Shown: piece by piece, positions 31,801 to 37,725 of the stretch | How positions within the stretch are numbered: position 1 is the first letter of the stretch | How the letters are laid out: each line of letters begins with the position of its first letter | DNA from: a virus | IMG/VR virus record: IMGVR_UViG_3300008267_007212 | Direction: 5' to 3' (one strand) | DNA: 64,000 nt | Position numbers and translations under genes: made by a program | Notes under the pieces: generated by a model | The model's database searches: none | Seen by the model: only the letters and a program-made list of their open reading frames with translations | Told to the model about the DNA's origin: nothing

Positions 31801-33864
31801 GGTAACAGTTTGTGCTACCGGTCTAAACAGTCCATCGTTAGATGATTCGTATGAACTTATCATACGAATAATAGAACTACTTGAATTTAACGGATTTGAA
31901 TACCCAAACGGTCCGTAAATAGGATATCCGTCTGCTGCAAATCCTATAAGTTTACTATGATTTGTTGCAGGATCTAAATATCCATTAGTAAATCCTGATA
32001 CATTTCCCCATGCGTTTGCTGTAATAAATTTAGAATTTGTATAAACATAACGACCGTTTTCTAATGGATACCCGCCGTAACTATCTTGGCCGTTGATTAA
32101 TACTTGTGTAGTGTCGTAATTCCACTTGCTACCATCTAGCCCAGGAACCGAAGCTCCATTGCTTACACCGTTAATAAGAATTCCCGGCAAAGTTATACCA
32201 ATTACATCTGCAGAATATGTTAAATTATCATGTTCTCCCGGATCGTTTAATCCAGGTCTATAAGGATATTTTAATTTAAGATCTTGAGCGACGATATAAT
32301 TTGTATTAATAGTATTAGGAAAAACTCCAATTTTTACATTTACACCATCAGGAAAATCTGTGGTAGTTATAGTAAGTTGATCTTGTGCTAAATTAAGATT
32401 AGCTGTTGCATACAGCACAAAATTATTGTTTGGATTATAATCTGATTTTGCCTGTGCTTGATTAATTACTAAATCTGACACTGGAATTAATCGTATTCTA
32501 GTTCCTACCCCATCAATATAATATTCTTTATTTTGATAAGATGCAGGTATAACGCTGGTGTCAAAATTAATTTTTAATCCGTTAGTAAAAACAACACCGT
32601 TGGGACTAACATAATTTGTTTTACCGATTATTTCTTCATCAACATTGATAACATTACTGGTCGGATCTACTATTCGAATAATACCAACTTGATTTGCATC
32701 TGACCCATCTTGATAATATAGTGTGTTTAGTGGTGCAGTGATTACAGGTATCTGTTCTAGATTATCCTCAGAATTTGTATACCATTCGGTGTTACCGTAA
32801 CTAATACCTGACAGTATCAAAACTTTGTTATTAGTGGGTATTGGCAAATAGTAAACTAAATTAATGATATAATCTGCGCCGACTGGAGTCAAAACAATTG
32901 TCCAAATTCCGTATCTTTCATTTTCAGGCACTGTAACAGAATTAGAAGTCCAATCAGGATCTACATTATAATTTGGAAAAATTATGTACTTTCCATTTAA
33001 ATTTGCTACTTGGCCATCAATACCTTTGTAATTGTTTTTAATATCTGACAACAATTTACCTTGCAAATTAGCGTAACTTATTGTGCTTACTAAATCAACT
33101 GTTTGCACTATTGGCATAGTGATAAAGAAATCTTGGGCTATTGGAGGTGGAACAAAAAATGTCACAGTGCCCACATCTGTTCCATTATTTTCAACGCCCA
33201 GTACTTGTCTAGAACTTAGGTTAGTTTGCGGGCTAAGTCCGCTTAAGCCAGGATTTGTTTGAATCCAGAAAGGTTTACCAGGCTGATTAACATTGAATGT
33301 ATAGTTTCCGCCGCGTGCTAATACAATGTCAGGATTTGATGCAGTATTGTACCCGCTTATATTATAAACTTGAAGACCGTTTTCAGCATATACATTAAAT
33401 GTGCGTGTTAAGTCTGCTTCACCTGCAAATACATTAACTGATTCTGGGCCGTTGGGTAGCCAATAGTATTGACTAAAATTAATAAATGCATCAGCATTAA
33501 TTCTTGGATTATAACTATAAAAATCGCTTTCCCATAGATTGTCTTGATTGCTGATGTTGCCGCCATAAAAATCTATCTTTTGTAAAACTTCAGGATATGT
33601 AGTATGAAAATCCACTTCTCCAGTTGCTTTATTTTTTACAACTATACTAGGCTCTAATTGGTAATCTGCACGAAGTGCATCAGACTCTTTAATATAGGTA
33701 TTAATTCCACTGAATCCTGGCGCAAATTTTCTTCCAACATAACCATTAATAGGAACCAAATTTGGCTCTGTCATTAGCTGATCCAATGTAGCGTTTAGAA
33801 ATCGTTTATTAGAGTCAGACTGGAATACTGCTGGAAGAAAATTTATTGTTTTAGTAATTGGCAT
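19843..33864 (-). CDS. Giant (4673 aa) baseplate wedge/virion structural protein, multi-domain
   Basis: Single uninterrupted ORF directly downstream of the gp6-like gene. Contains a YHYH-family-like segment (GFAADGYPIYGPFGY; GTLDQYNGRFCVTPEFPNGTYAYF), FG-GAP-like propeller repeats (FGxS..IGAP) and GSGY..P.(I/V).ITG Ig-like repeats. Confidence 0.75.
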   Translation of the reverse strand: MPITKTINFLPAVFQSDSNKRFLNATLDQLMTEPNLVPINGYVGRKFAPGFSGINTYIKESDALRADYQLEPSIVVKNKATGEVDFHTTYPEVLQKIDFYGGNISNQDNLWESDFYSYNPRINADAFINFSQYYWLPNGPESVNVFAGEADLTRTFNVYAENGLQVYNISGYNTASNPDIVLARGGNYTFNVNQPGKPFWIQTNPGLSGLSPQTNLSSRQVLGVENNGTDVGTVTFFVPPPIAQDFFITMPIVQTVDLVSTISYANLQGKLLSDIKNNYKGIDGQVANLNGKYIIFPNYNVDPDWTSNSVTVPENERYGIWTIVLTPVGADYIINLVYYLPIPTNNKVLILSGISYGNTEWYTNSEDNLEQIPVITAPLNTLYYQDGSDANQVGIIRIVDPTSNVINVDEEIIGKTNYVSPNGVVFTNGLKINFDTSVIPASYQNKEYYIDGVGTRIRLIPVSDLVINQAQAKSDYNPNNNFVLYATANLNLAQDQLTITTTDFPDGVNVKIGVFPNTINTNYIVAQDLKLKYPYRPGLNDPGEHDNLTYSADVIGITLPGILINGVSNGASVPGLDGSKWNYDTTQVLINGQDSYGGYPLENGRYVYTNSKFITANAWGNVSGFTNGYLDPATNHSKLIGFAADGYPIYGPFGYSNPLNSSSSIIRMISSYESSNDGLFRPVAQTVTVTADVVNSNLITVSSTNGLNPGMRITVNSAGLESGSVWIINNGLKTAVGLPPFLGTASQIQLSSSVTLSAGVTITFEFLAGAFIEDYSYVQDSGTLDQYNGRFCVTPEFPNGTYAYFTTQASDGTPIYPYIIGRAYYGSTNIDTNTSLSDPDYIIISRASRDLNPWTRRNRWFHKDIIELTSLYNNTPQVFDSNQRAKRPIIEFDADLQLINFGKTAKSPVDIFDTVYTNAFLSVEGKTSIFVDGISLVQGMRVIFSADNDAGVRDKIWQVTFENVSGDPLANEVIHLIPVDDISDFNTVSVFNGVVNNGKSFYFLDKIWIEGQSKTGINQPPLFDVFDNEGVSFSDSVKYPVINSATQFNGTKIFSYKTGTGTADPILGFPLSYKNFNNIGDIQFDNNFDVESFSYGIDKVVYTKKIDSGLLYKNNTDGSITKLNVWTNVNTTTRQMQDIPFTYDGVDNSFKIDIIPEVATVKPNILIYVNFKEISINDYFAYNVPDGILIVIKKAKLQINDRVDILVYSKNISSLGFYQIPDNLNLNAQNRILGTPTLGELRNHIGSLSKNSLYFIGNYPGVSNLRDLYIENQSGTMLQQSAPVSFASMFLSDEKYNFASGLINAQQEYIRFKNKFINIASNSSQINPSDPVGAVDYIIKQINSVKDKTFPWYYSDMVPYGDNKNVITYNIFNPQQRNYELTTIFSNETLSNRSILIYLNGSQLLYGRDYEFLVTGPGVSIKNNITLAVGNILTIVEYQDTDGNWVPETPSKLGLYPKFTPAIYTDITYTNPQVMIRGHDGSLTPSFGDFRDNIVLELEKRIYNNIKVQYSDKLVSPYDSIPGKFRDSGYTISQYNNLLSRFYLQWASVNNLNYVENTTYQNDAAFSYNYSTALDVVNGQALPGSWRACFQYFYDTQRPNTAPWEMLGFSEEPDWWRSTYGPAPYTSGNKILWDDLEAGYIAAGSRVGIDTKFARPGLSNFIPVNENGQLLPPIGLLTNKYDSTQFNDNWNMGQFSPVETAWRNSSEYPFAVQYTSAIINPGKYFAYGITTSKYRYNVDLDQYLITGTNNRITQEDIDVNGYVNLSGDISRASGYLNWISDYQVTRGATDKTPLLNFVRDYSIQLSYRMAGFSGKNYLKILAEQNSPNSTNETIIVPDDNYNLTLHKSTPVFNSRYSAVIIEKTGNGFTISGYDNERPYFTIVPPAQTGEYQLVKSEKRTVNYYTEFTNFKINIPYGTELTTLQQVANFISGYERYLQLQGFKFDYYDETLAQIKNWQLSTKEFLFWTQQGWTINSVIVLSPASNNLKLFNTTAVVDGINNSFYGTKVLNQNYKVLNTDNYTVARDNNTFVLSLTSTTDLIGYVDLNLVQYEHVLIFDNRTQFNDIIYDPIMGQRQYRLKLIGSKTGEWTGTLSALGFVYNQPGVAAWRPNKDYLQGDLVEYKSFYYTASKNLPGTTEFKFSDWLPVDRNKIKTGLLNNFARNAGIGETFYNVDKVNLESEFDRYALGLIGYRDRSYLNDLGLDDTSQVKFYQGFIKEKGTLNAINALGKVSFSGRPSDVTVSEDWAFRVGSYGSTGTNQFLELVLEEKYLLSNPTSLEVRSNNSVLFSSLYTDNQGLYKTSSVPWSSPFLINRTVDSDYSDDIRTAGYVSIDDIDFTLFDLTNVSTLNADISNITAGSTIWIAKDYQQNWNVYRVSDSECSVISLSNDLNTKVKINTNKSHGLVKNDTILLTGVDKFTGFYKVQNVTGLTSFIVEFTGDLRGFSTFNQTGQLYKLISMKVDSPLGITNLTPRLGWSVNNKVWVNSYNSAGDWAVYNKTDPWRLTTALQKGTLENNFQFGAAVNLATDDNFAVIGQPGYNGNVGAITNYVINFNGVLVEDVTLTSSANATVKMGSVIESGNTKVITGAPESSNGIGYVFVYNRENVGTLSDTQILSPISANVGSFGTSIAISADDNWLYIGAPDDDIVYIYGYDNTVPEQEVVTLTPNGSVSSFTLPYVPVSAETIYVQGSSATYVPYRDYTLSSSTISFTLPPPAGTIVISQRPGYNLVGTIAGNAGSQFGYSLSATVDGSQIMIGAPLEDVTANIGGNITTYTDSGAVHLWNRSINNFIVQDNLTVTFNAVATVTQYTRVYVDNIEKFVGVDWYVSNSTLNLITFYNPPGQSKILTIETNVFHPIQTTVPAQPFTDQQFGYSLDICTNSCSLYIGAPYQSEVNLYNGAVYRFLNQGKVYGEIVGTKANATVNSGDSIRINNYAVQFTDTSLSSVVNAINNVNALGEPIGPKIPGVTASIENNKLKLVSDSEVTFNKLNVLPGVGTAITDLGLDIFPEVDIIYNNSTKSYDYFGKLVKINNNSDILVVASDIAATLQSTVFDNSKIYTPNPTTFDGELTIFSEPVDDSGAVWIYSYLPNNLSTIETPGIFTFIQQLTPTTTNDGLKTNDGFGSAISISKYELIVGSKNNKQLAFNGGRVYKFANPTNLLGWDVLRSQEPKVDINGIIKAYTYNALTQTVQYNLDYIDPAKGKILGLAEQELTYKIDYDPAIYNNASADDVSVNNNLYWTDQQVGQLWWDLSTVRYIDYEQGSIKYRTTNWGRVFPSSSIDVYEWVESLYPPSQYVANGGDGEPKYSGNGAYVTLTYIDPATNFATVKYYFWVKNKTTVSANQFGRTIPTTTVASYIASPKNSGVKYFAAVRDDSIAFYNMVNEAVGRDIIFHLDYATLLNSNIIHNEYALLSDTNNKSADIPENIYNKLLDSASGIDRFGNPVPDPTLAVQNRYGIDIRPRQSMFIDRNEAIREMVLYVNSIFDLNVISQGYDLTRLSEGEPEPVPNSGAYDLVVTNLEELSYINIAILPMGYKVLVQNDSSVDNLWTIYIKDGVIDEWQPNTRYLTNTIVRYNSITYTVNQTITTGATFNIDDYTYYQVQNEWNLNRVQSYATSEYWQYKDWYARGFDRTVKPTYTIETSAQLNDLTLRSQDLVKINNNGQGKWFMIQVFPNTVITVGIQDGTIELKKNLYALEEFGLGFDADNFDTIRFDQNPGIETRQILQTLRDDIFIDQLDSKFLNLFFVFINYILDEQKYVDWLFKTSFINVLQKIQGLNQPAIYIKENQEFYKQYIEEVKPYKTTLREYVVDYLGYDNYNSYVSDFDVPPTYDSVLKTTRSPSGEFIQDARFLQQPEYANWLSNYAYSIASIDIIDGGSGYTLPPIITITGSRNGNDAVARALITDGVLTKIVLLYPGSDYVTTPVITITGGNGSGAIARANLVNGLVRNIKTTLVYDRYTYSTTIVDWKPDTTFTQGTIIDYNGVAYIVNQTFTSPTTFNSNVLVNLTVYPIDNINNANDRIQAYYQPELGQPGKDLSLLQSGIDYPGVKVQGPTFSDNGGFGGSGPEPPLEGISAADGFDATLFDPLEFDENGIPILSDAILDAKITSTFNDITLGTKPEDIIVDGGPFVYSYFTEWKANRYYDKGDLISYNDKVWYVVTPTTTGNVFSTANLTIYNVGPYASHAPEEMVPGRVYDTLDMTISTIATDPTVSYYTNWSTGSGIQLDYIQIIDPGSGYSPADIGVTIVGGGYFTQGQAQVILNSNGSATSFQVVNNGGGYDTTPQVVITGANTSPIIATAIMKLSISPSGNAWPMMSYRIFKDMNDNFTYLREDGASTTTLAANLSLTDTTIQVVDASKLATPSSNGGQPGVVYINGERITYYSKDNTTNILGRIRRGTGGTGAKNHFVGNIVLDGSQNQIIPNSGDSVWYARSQGPGTINVNVYSSTLEGVGTTFTTLTPGTQIFAGVKDENAVESTLGNSSTSSTFTRQQLIGTIDNVVSDTVAILAVTKRNPDVPEGNPVEWAYISANNTPYFVAANISNVTVRYTGNITANTSSNIITGNGTIFLAELNVGNDLYDNGGNIVGTISNVISNTSAYISNNSLVNLTDERFTTYYTFESNVAFAQTNIWYNLGNSAQANANGVLGNTTASNGQGLFNANTLQVSFLKQGLQG

Positions 33865-33875
33865 CTTCTAATCTA

Positions 33876-36800
33876 TTAATTAATTATAGTATTTACCGTT
33901 AAATTTTGTATGTTTAATTGTGCTGCGGTAATGGCGCTGATAATTTCAATATTTTCTACTGTTGCACAACTTATTAAAATTTCATTAGGTTCACTGTTAA
34001 TCTGCTGCAATGATCCATACGTTTGACTAGTGCTATTAGGTACAATAATAATGCTGCTAATATTAGGAGCCAGACCTTGCTGAATAAACGTCGATAGTTC
34101 AGTGAAATAAAATGTTTCACCAAAATCCCAATTTCCTACAGCAAAAAATGCATTAATATATGCAAGAACTTGACTTCGAATTTCGCTGTCAGATAAATTA
34201 ATATTCGAATTTTTAATAATCTTGAATGTAGCTTGAAGCTCGGGTCTGGCTTTGCTGCCAAATAACGGCTTAAAAACTGCGGCATTATAAATGATAGCGT
34301 CACTGACTGATTTATAATTTTCTAGATTCCCAAATGCTAGTTTCAGACTTTCTCCTGTTTCTTTTTCAGGTTCTTGAACTTTTCCGGTAGTATCTAATAT
34401 CCATGATCTGTATTCTGTTTCATATTCTTTGGTTAATACATACATATCTATTAGATTACTTGGACTTGGATCTATTCTTCTACTTCCTGGAGCATTGTGT
34501 TTATATTGAAAATATAAAGGCAAGCGGCCAACTCTTGCAATATAATCGTTGCTTTCAGTTAATGATCGTGCATTAAGATTGATAGTTAAAACATAAAAAA
34601 TTTCTTCTTCATATGCATAAAAAATTTGCCCTTCGGTATAGTTATTAATATTTGGAATAATATCAAATTGATTTCCAACTATTACCACAGACGATGAAAG
34701 AATGGGAGTAAATGTTACAAAACTATTATATCCGTAAGTTTTTTTAAAGAAAACAAACTTAGTAGGGGGATCATTATTCACATCAGGTTGTACTATGGTG
34801 TTAAAAATGTCTGGATCGTCAGGCACACCGTCGTTATTAATATCGCTATATGTAACTAATACTTTGCTAGCGTTTACATAACCATCAGATTCTGCAATTT
34901 GATCGTATATGTACCATAAAACGTTTTCGGTTAACGGCTGTCCTGTATCTGGATCTCCGTTAACTTTTAGAACATTTACGCTATCATTGACTGTAAAGCC
35001 AGTTATAGGATCAAAAATCTTTACTTTATTGTCAAAATAGAATTTTGTTTCTTGTATGCTTTCAAAAATATAACTTAATCCTCTAATTTGCACAGTGTAA
35101 ATAGAATTCGAAACAGTAAAGCTTAATAGCCAGCTTGCATCTAAATTCTGGCCGCTGGTAGAACCTTGATAAATTTGACTAAAGGGATCTGTCAGATTTA
35201 AATCTTGGGCACTAACAGTTTGCCAAGTTTGAGTATTTTGATCATAGCGAATTCCAAATTCACTGTAGTTACTGATTAATCCTATCAGCTTAGATATAAA
35301 TTCTGTTGTAAACGTATTACTAAATGTAGGTATCACGGTGATAGCTTGGGCGTTCGACGGTAAATTTAAACTTAACTTAACAGGGCCTTCTCCGTTGCTT
35401 AAATTACCCTGATTGCCATTGCCTATTAAGCTAGTAATAGAAACATATAGTAAAGGTTGTCCGTTTTGTGGCACTTGTCCATTAGCGGGCAAAGGCACTA
35501 TTTCATTACCAGAATTAAAATAATTACCAGCACCCGGACTGAATACTATAATACAACCTTCTGTTAAATATCTATTATTACCCACAACCCCTGATCCTAT
35601 AGCAACTTTATTTCCAGAAATCGGAAAATCTAGAAAATAACCAGTGCTACTGCCAGACCCTGCAGTACTTCGATTCCAATACAAACTGGTCAGCGAAAAT
35701 CTGTTAAAATATTCATAATAAAAATGTTGCAAGGTTTTACTACGTATGTCTGGCAGGATTTGATTTTCAATGATTCTATTAATATCTGCAGTTGTACTGA
35801 AAGTGAAACTAAAACTAGAATCAGCATCTTCTTTATAAAGAATTCCATCTTCTGAAAAAATATTGGTACTGCTATATCTACCGCTGGTGTCGAATATATC
35901 CAAATATCTACTAATTCCGCTACTAGTTCTATTAACTGATTTGACTTTACTGATTGTACTATAGTTTGCATAAGGAAAAGTATTATAATCTTCTCCGGTA
36001 ATCATACGATTTTGTGTATAATACAGTTGCGGTGCTTTAGTTTTAATTTCAGTGATACTTTCCCTGGGGACAGCATTAGCAACTGTGTATTTTAAACTAG
36101 CCACAATTGTCAATGTTTCTAATCTACCAGCACGACTGACATATGGTATAGTTAAACGAATGTTAGTCATTTCGTCTGGGGTAATCTTATAACTTAGTCC
36201 AGTGCTAGTTCTAAAATATGTCACAAAACTTCCCACAGGGATGGCAGAAAAAGTGCCGTCACCGAATACTAGATCAATTTGATCTCCTGCTCTTGTATTA
36301 ACCTGATAGCTTTTTTGTGCTGCATTATTGTTATAGATAATGTTAACCCCGTTAACACTGGGAATTTGATTCCACAATTGTCCGACGTTGCCCAAGCTAC
36401 CAATTTCATATAGCCAAACATCCGAATTATTAATATTATCAAAGTTAATACTAGCTAAATTATTAGGTAAACTTTCAGGAAATCTAAAAGTCTGCGTTTG
36501 TAAATTTCCTTGTTTAAAATAAAAGAAAAATCCTGTATTATTGCTAGCATTGCCTAAATTGTCATTTTTATAAATTACATTAAGAGGTCTGCCTGGTGCA
36601 GGTGCTGCTTCATATATATAACTTTCATCTACACTGGTGCCGCTGACAACTTCAAAATTTAAGGAAGCATTTTCAATTTGCGTGTTGTATCCAAAAACTG
36701 GCAGTGTGCCCGAGGGCAAATTTATATTATATTCTGCATTTAATACCCCAGCAATAGTATTACTGTTGGCAGGTTTACCTACTTGCTGATTGGTCGGTAA

Positions 36801-37289
36801 AGCTGCATTAATTATTGTGATAAACTGTTCATACCAATTAACATTTCCGTTGTCGTTCCAGTTTACAATAAGATTAGTAAGATCAATCCCGTTGCTGTCT
36901 TGTAATCTTTCAGTGGTTTGTACACTGTCGAATTTTATAAAACCATTGGCCGTTTGATTACGTTTAGGCACATAGCTAATTAGTTTAGCTAGTTTTAAAA
37001 CACTGTCTCTACGTTCTGCTGTATCAATAAAATTTTCACGAGCGTTTAAATCTGTACGAAATGCAAGACTCTGTCCTAAAAATGCAATAAGGTCAATTAA
37101 TGCAACATATTCGCTGGATTCGATAAAATCGTTAAAATTTTCTGGATAGTATATGCGTAGATAATCCAGCATTGTTTTACGCAAAGTTTGAAAATCATAA
37201 CTTTGAAAATCTGCGTTTCTGAAAGTTTCGTAAAGAATAGTCCAGTCTTGATTGACTAAAAGACTACTTTGTCTAGTTGTAAGTGCCAT
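33876..37289 (-). CDS. gp6: Baseplate wedge subunit, T4 gp6-like
   Basis: DF..LR..M..YL, NDF.ESSE, LIDLIAF, ARENFIDTAERRDSVLKLAKLISY.P, FGDG.F and QNRMITGEDY motifs. Adjacent to the gp25-like gene. Confidence 0.85.
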   Translation of the reverse strand: MALTTRQSSLLVNQDWTILYETFRNADFQSYDFQTLRKTMLDYLRIYYPENFNDFIESSEYVALIDLIAFLGQSLAFRTDLNARENFIDTAERRDSVLKLAKLISYVPKRNQTANGFIKFDSVQTTERLQDSNGIDLTNLIVNWNDNGNVNWYEQFITIINAALPTNQQVGKPANSNTIAGVLNAEYNINLPSGTLPVFGYNTQIENASLNFEVVSGTSVDESYIYEAAPAPGRPLNVIYKNDNLGNASNNTGFFFYFKQGNLQTQTFRFPESLPNNLASINFDNINNSDVWLYEIGSLGNVGQLWNQIPSVNGVNIIYNNNAAQKSYQVNTRAGDQIDLVFGDGTFSAIPVGSFVTYFRTSTGLSYKITPDEMTNIRLTIPYVSRAGRLETLTIVASLKYTVANAVPRESITEIKTKAPQLYYTQNRMITGEDYNTFPYANYSTISKVKSVNRTSSGISRYLDIFDTSGRYSSTNIFSEDGILYKEDADSSFSFTFSTTADINRIIENQILPDIRSKTLQHFYYEYFNRFSLTSLYWNRSTAGSGSSTGYFLDFPISGNKVAIGSGVVGNNRYLTEGCIIVFSPGAGNYFNSGNEIVPLPANGQVPQNGQPLLYVSITSLIGNGNQGNLSNGEGPVKLSLNLPSNAQAITVIPTFSNTFTTEFISKLIGLISNYSEFGIRYDQNTQTWQTVSAQDLNLTDPFSQIYQGSTSGQNLDASWLLSFTVSNSIYTVQIRGLSYIFESIQETKFYFDNKVKIFDPITGFTVNDSVNVLKVNGDPDTGQPLTENVLWYIYDQIAESDGYVNASKVLVTYSDINNDGVPDDPDIFNTIVQPDVNNDPPTKFVFFKKTYGYNSFVTFTPILSSSVVIVGNQFDIIPNINNYTEGQIFYAYEEEIFYVLTINLNARSLTESNDYIARVGRLPLYFQYKHNAPGSRRIDPSPSNLIDMYVLTKEYETEYRSWILDTTGKVQEPEKETGESLKLAFGNLENYKSVSDAIIYNAAVFKPLFGSKARPELQATFKIIKNSNINLSDSEIRSQVLAYINAFFAVGNWDFGETFYFTELSTFIQQGLAPNISSIIIVPNSTSQTYGSLQQINSEPNEILISCATVENIEIISAITAAQLNIQNLTVNTIIN
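33890..33897 (-). promoter_or_regulatory. Late promoter-like GGTAAATA
   Basis: TAAATA motif about 25 nt upstream of the giant gene's ATG. Confidence 0.55.
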
Positions 37290-37307
37290 GCCTGTCCTCG
37301 TTTTATG

Positions 37308-37315
37308 TATTTATT
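37308..37315 (-). promoter_or_regulatory. Late promoter-like AATAAATA
   Basis: TAAATA motif 18 nt upstream of the gp6-like ATG, with GAGG RBS in between. Confidence 0.6.
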
Positions 37316-37334
37316 GAGAACAAAATATGGTATT

Positions 37335-37712
37335 TTAAAGCATTGAATTATTCTGAATCATTTGCTGATCAAATTGCACAGCCAATTTAGCAGTCTGATT
37401 TGTTTGGATATAAATCAGATCTAATTCTATTTGTAATCCTCTCTCATACTGAGTTACAATTACATTCTGGGCTGCAATCCTCGGATCGTTTGCAACAATA
37501 CGTTTTATGTCCTGTATTATTGTAGTTTTGCTTTCTTCGTTCAACGGTTCGAATATCATATCCCATATGATAGTGCCGAACTCGGGATTCATTAACTTTT
37601 CGCCTTTGCGAATGTTAAAATGATTTTGTAGATCTCGTTTTACTAATTCAAAATCGGTTAGTCGAAATCTTTTGTTACTTTCTAATGTGCTGAATCCGTT
37701 ATATAGTGCCAT
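37335..37712 (-). CDS. gp25: Baseplate wedge subunit, gp25/GPW family
   Basis: LVKRDLQNHFNIRKGEKLMNPEFG..IWDMIFEP and DPRI motifs. Confidence 0.88.
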   Translation of the reverse strand: MALYNGFSTLESNKRFRLTDFELVKRDLQNHFNIRKGEKLMNPEFGTIIWDMIFEPLNEESKTTIIQDIKRIVANDPRIAAQNVIVTQYERGLQIELDLIYIQTNQTAKLAVQFDQQMIQNNSML

Positions 37713-37717
37713 AGCTA

Positions 37718-37725
37718 TATTTACC
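37718..37725 (-). promoter_or_regulatory. Late promoter-like GGTAAATA
   Basis: TAAATA motif only 5 nt upstream of the gp25 ATG. Confidence 0.5.

Noticed and set aside
19843-33864. Intein or intron within the giant ORF
   Set aside because: I saw no intein splice-junction or LAGLIDADG motifs. The length is explained by structural repeats and inserted domains.
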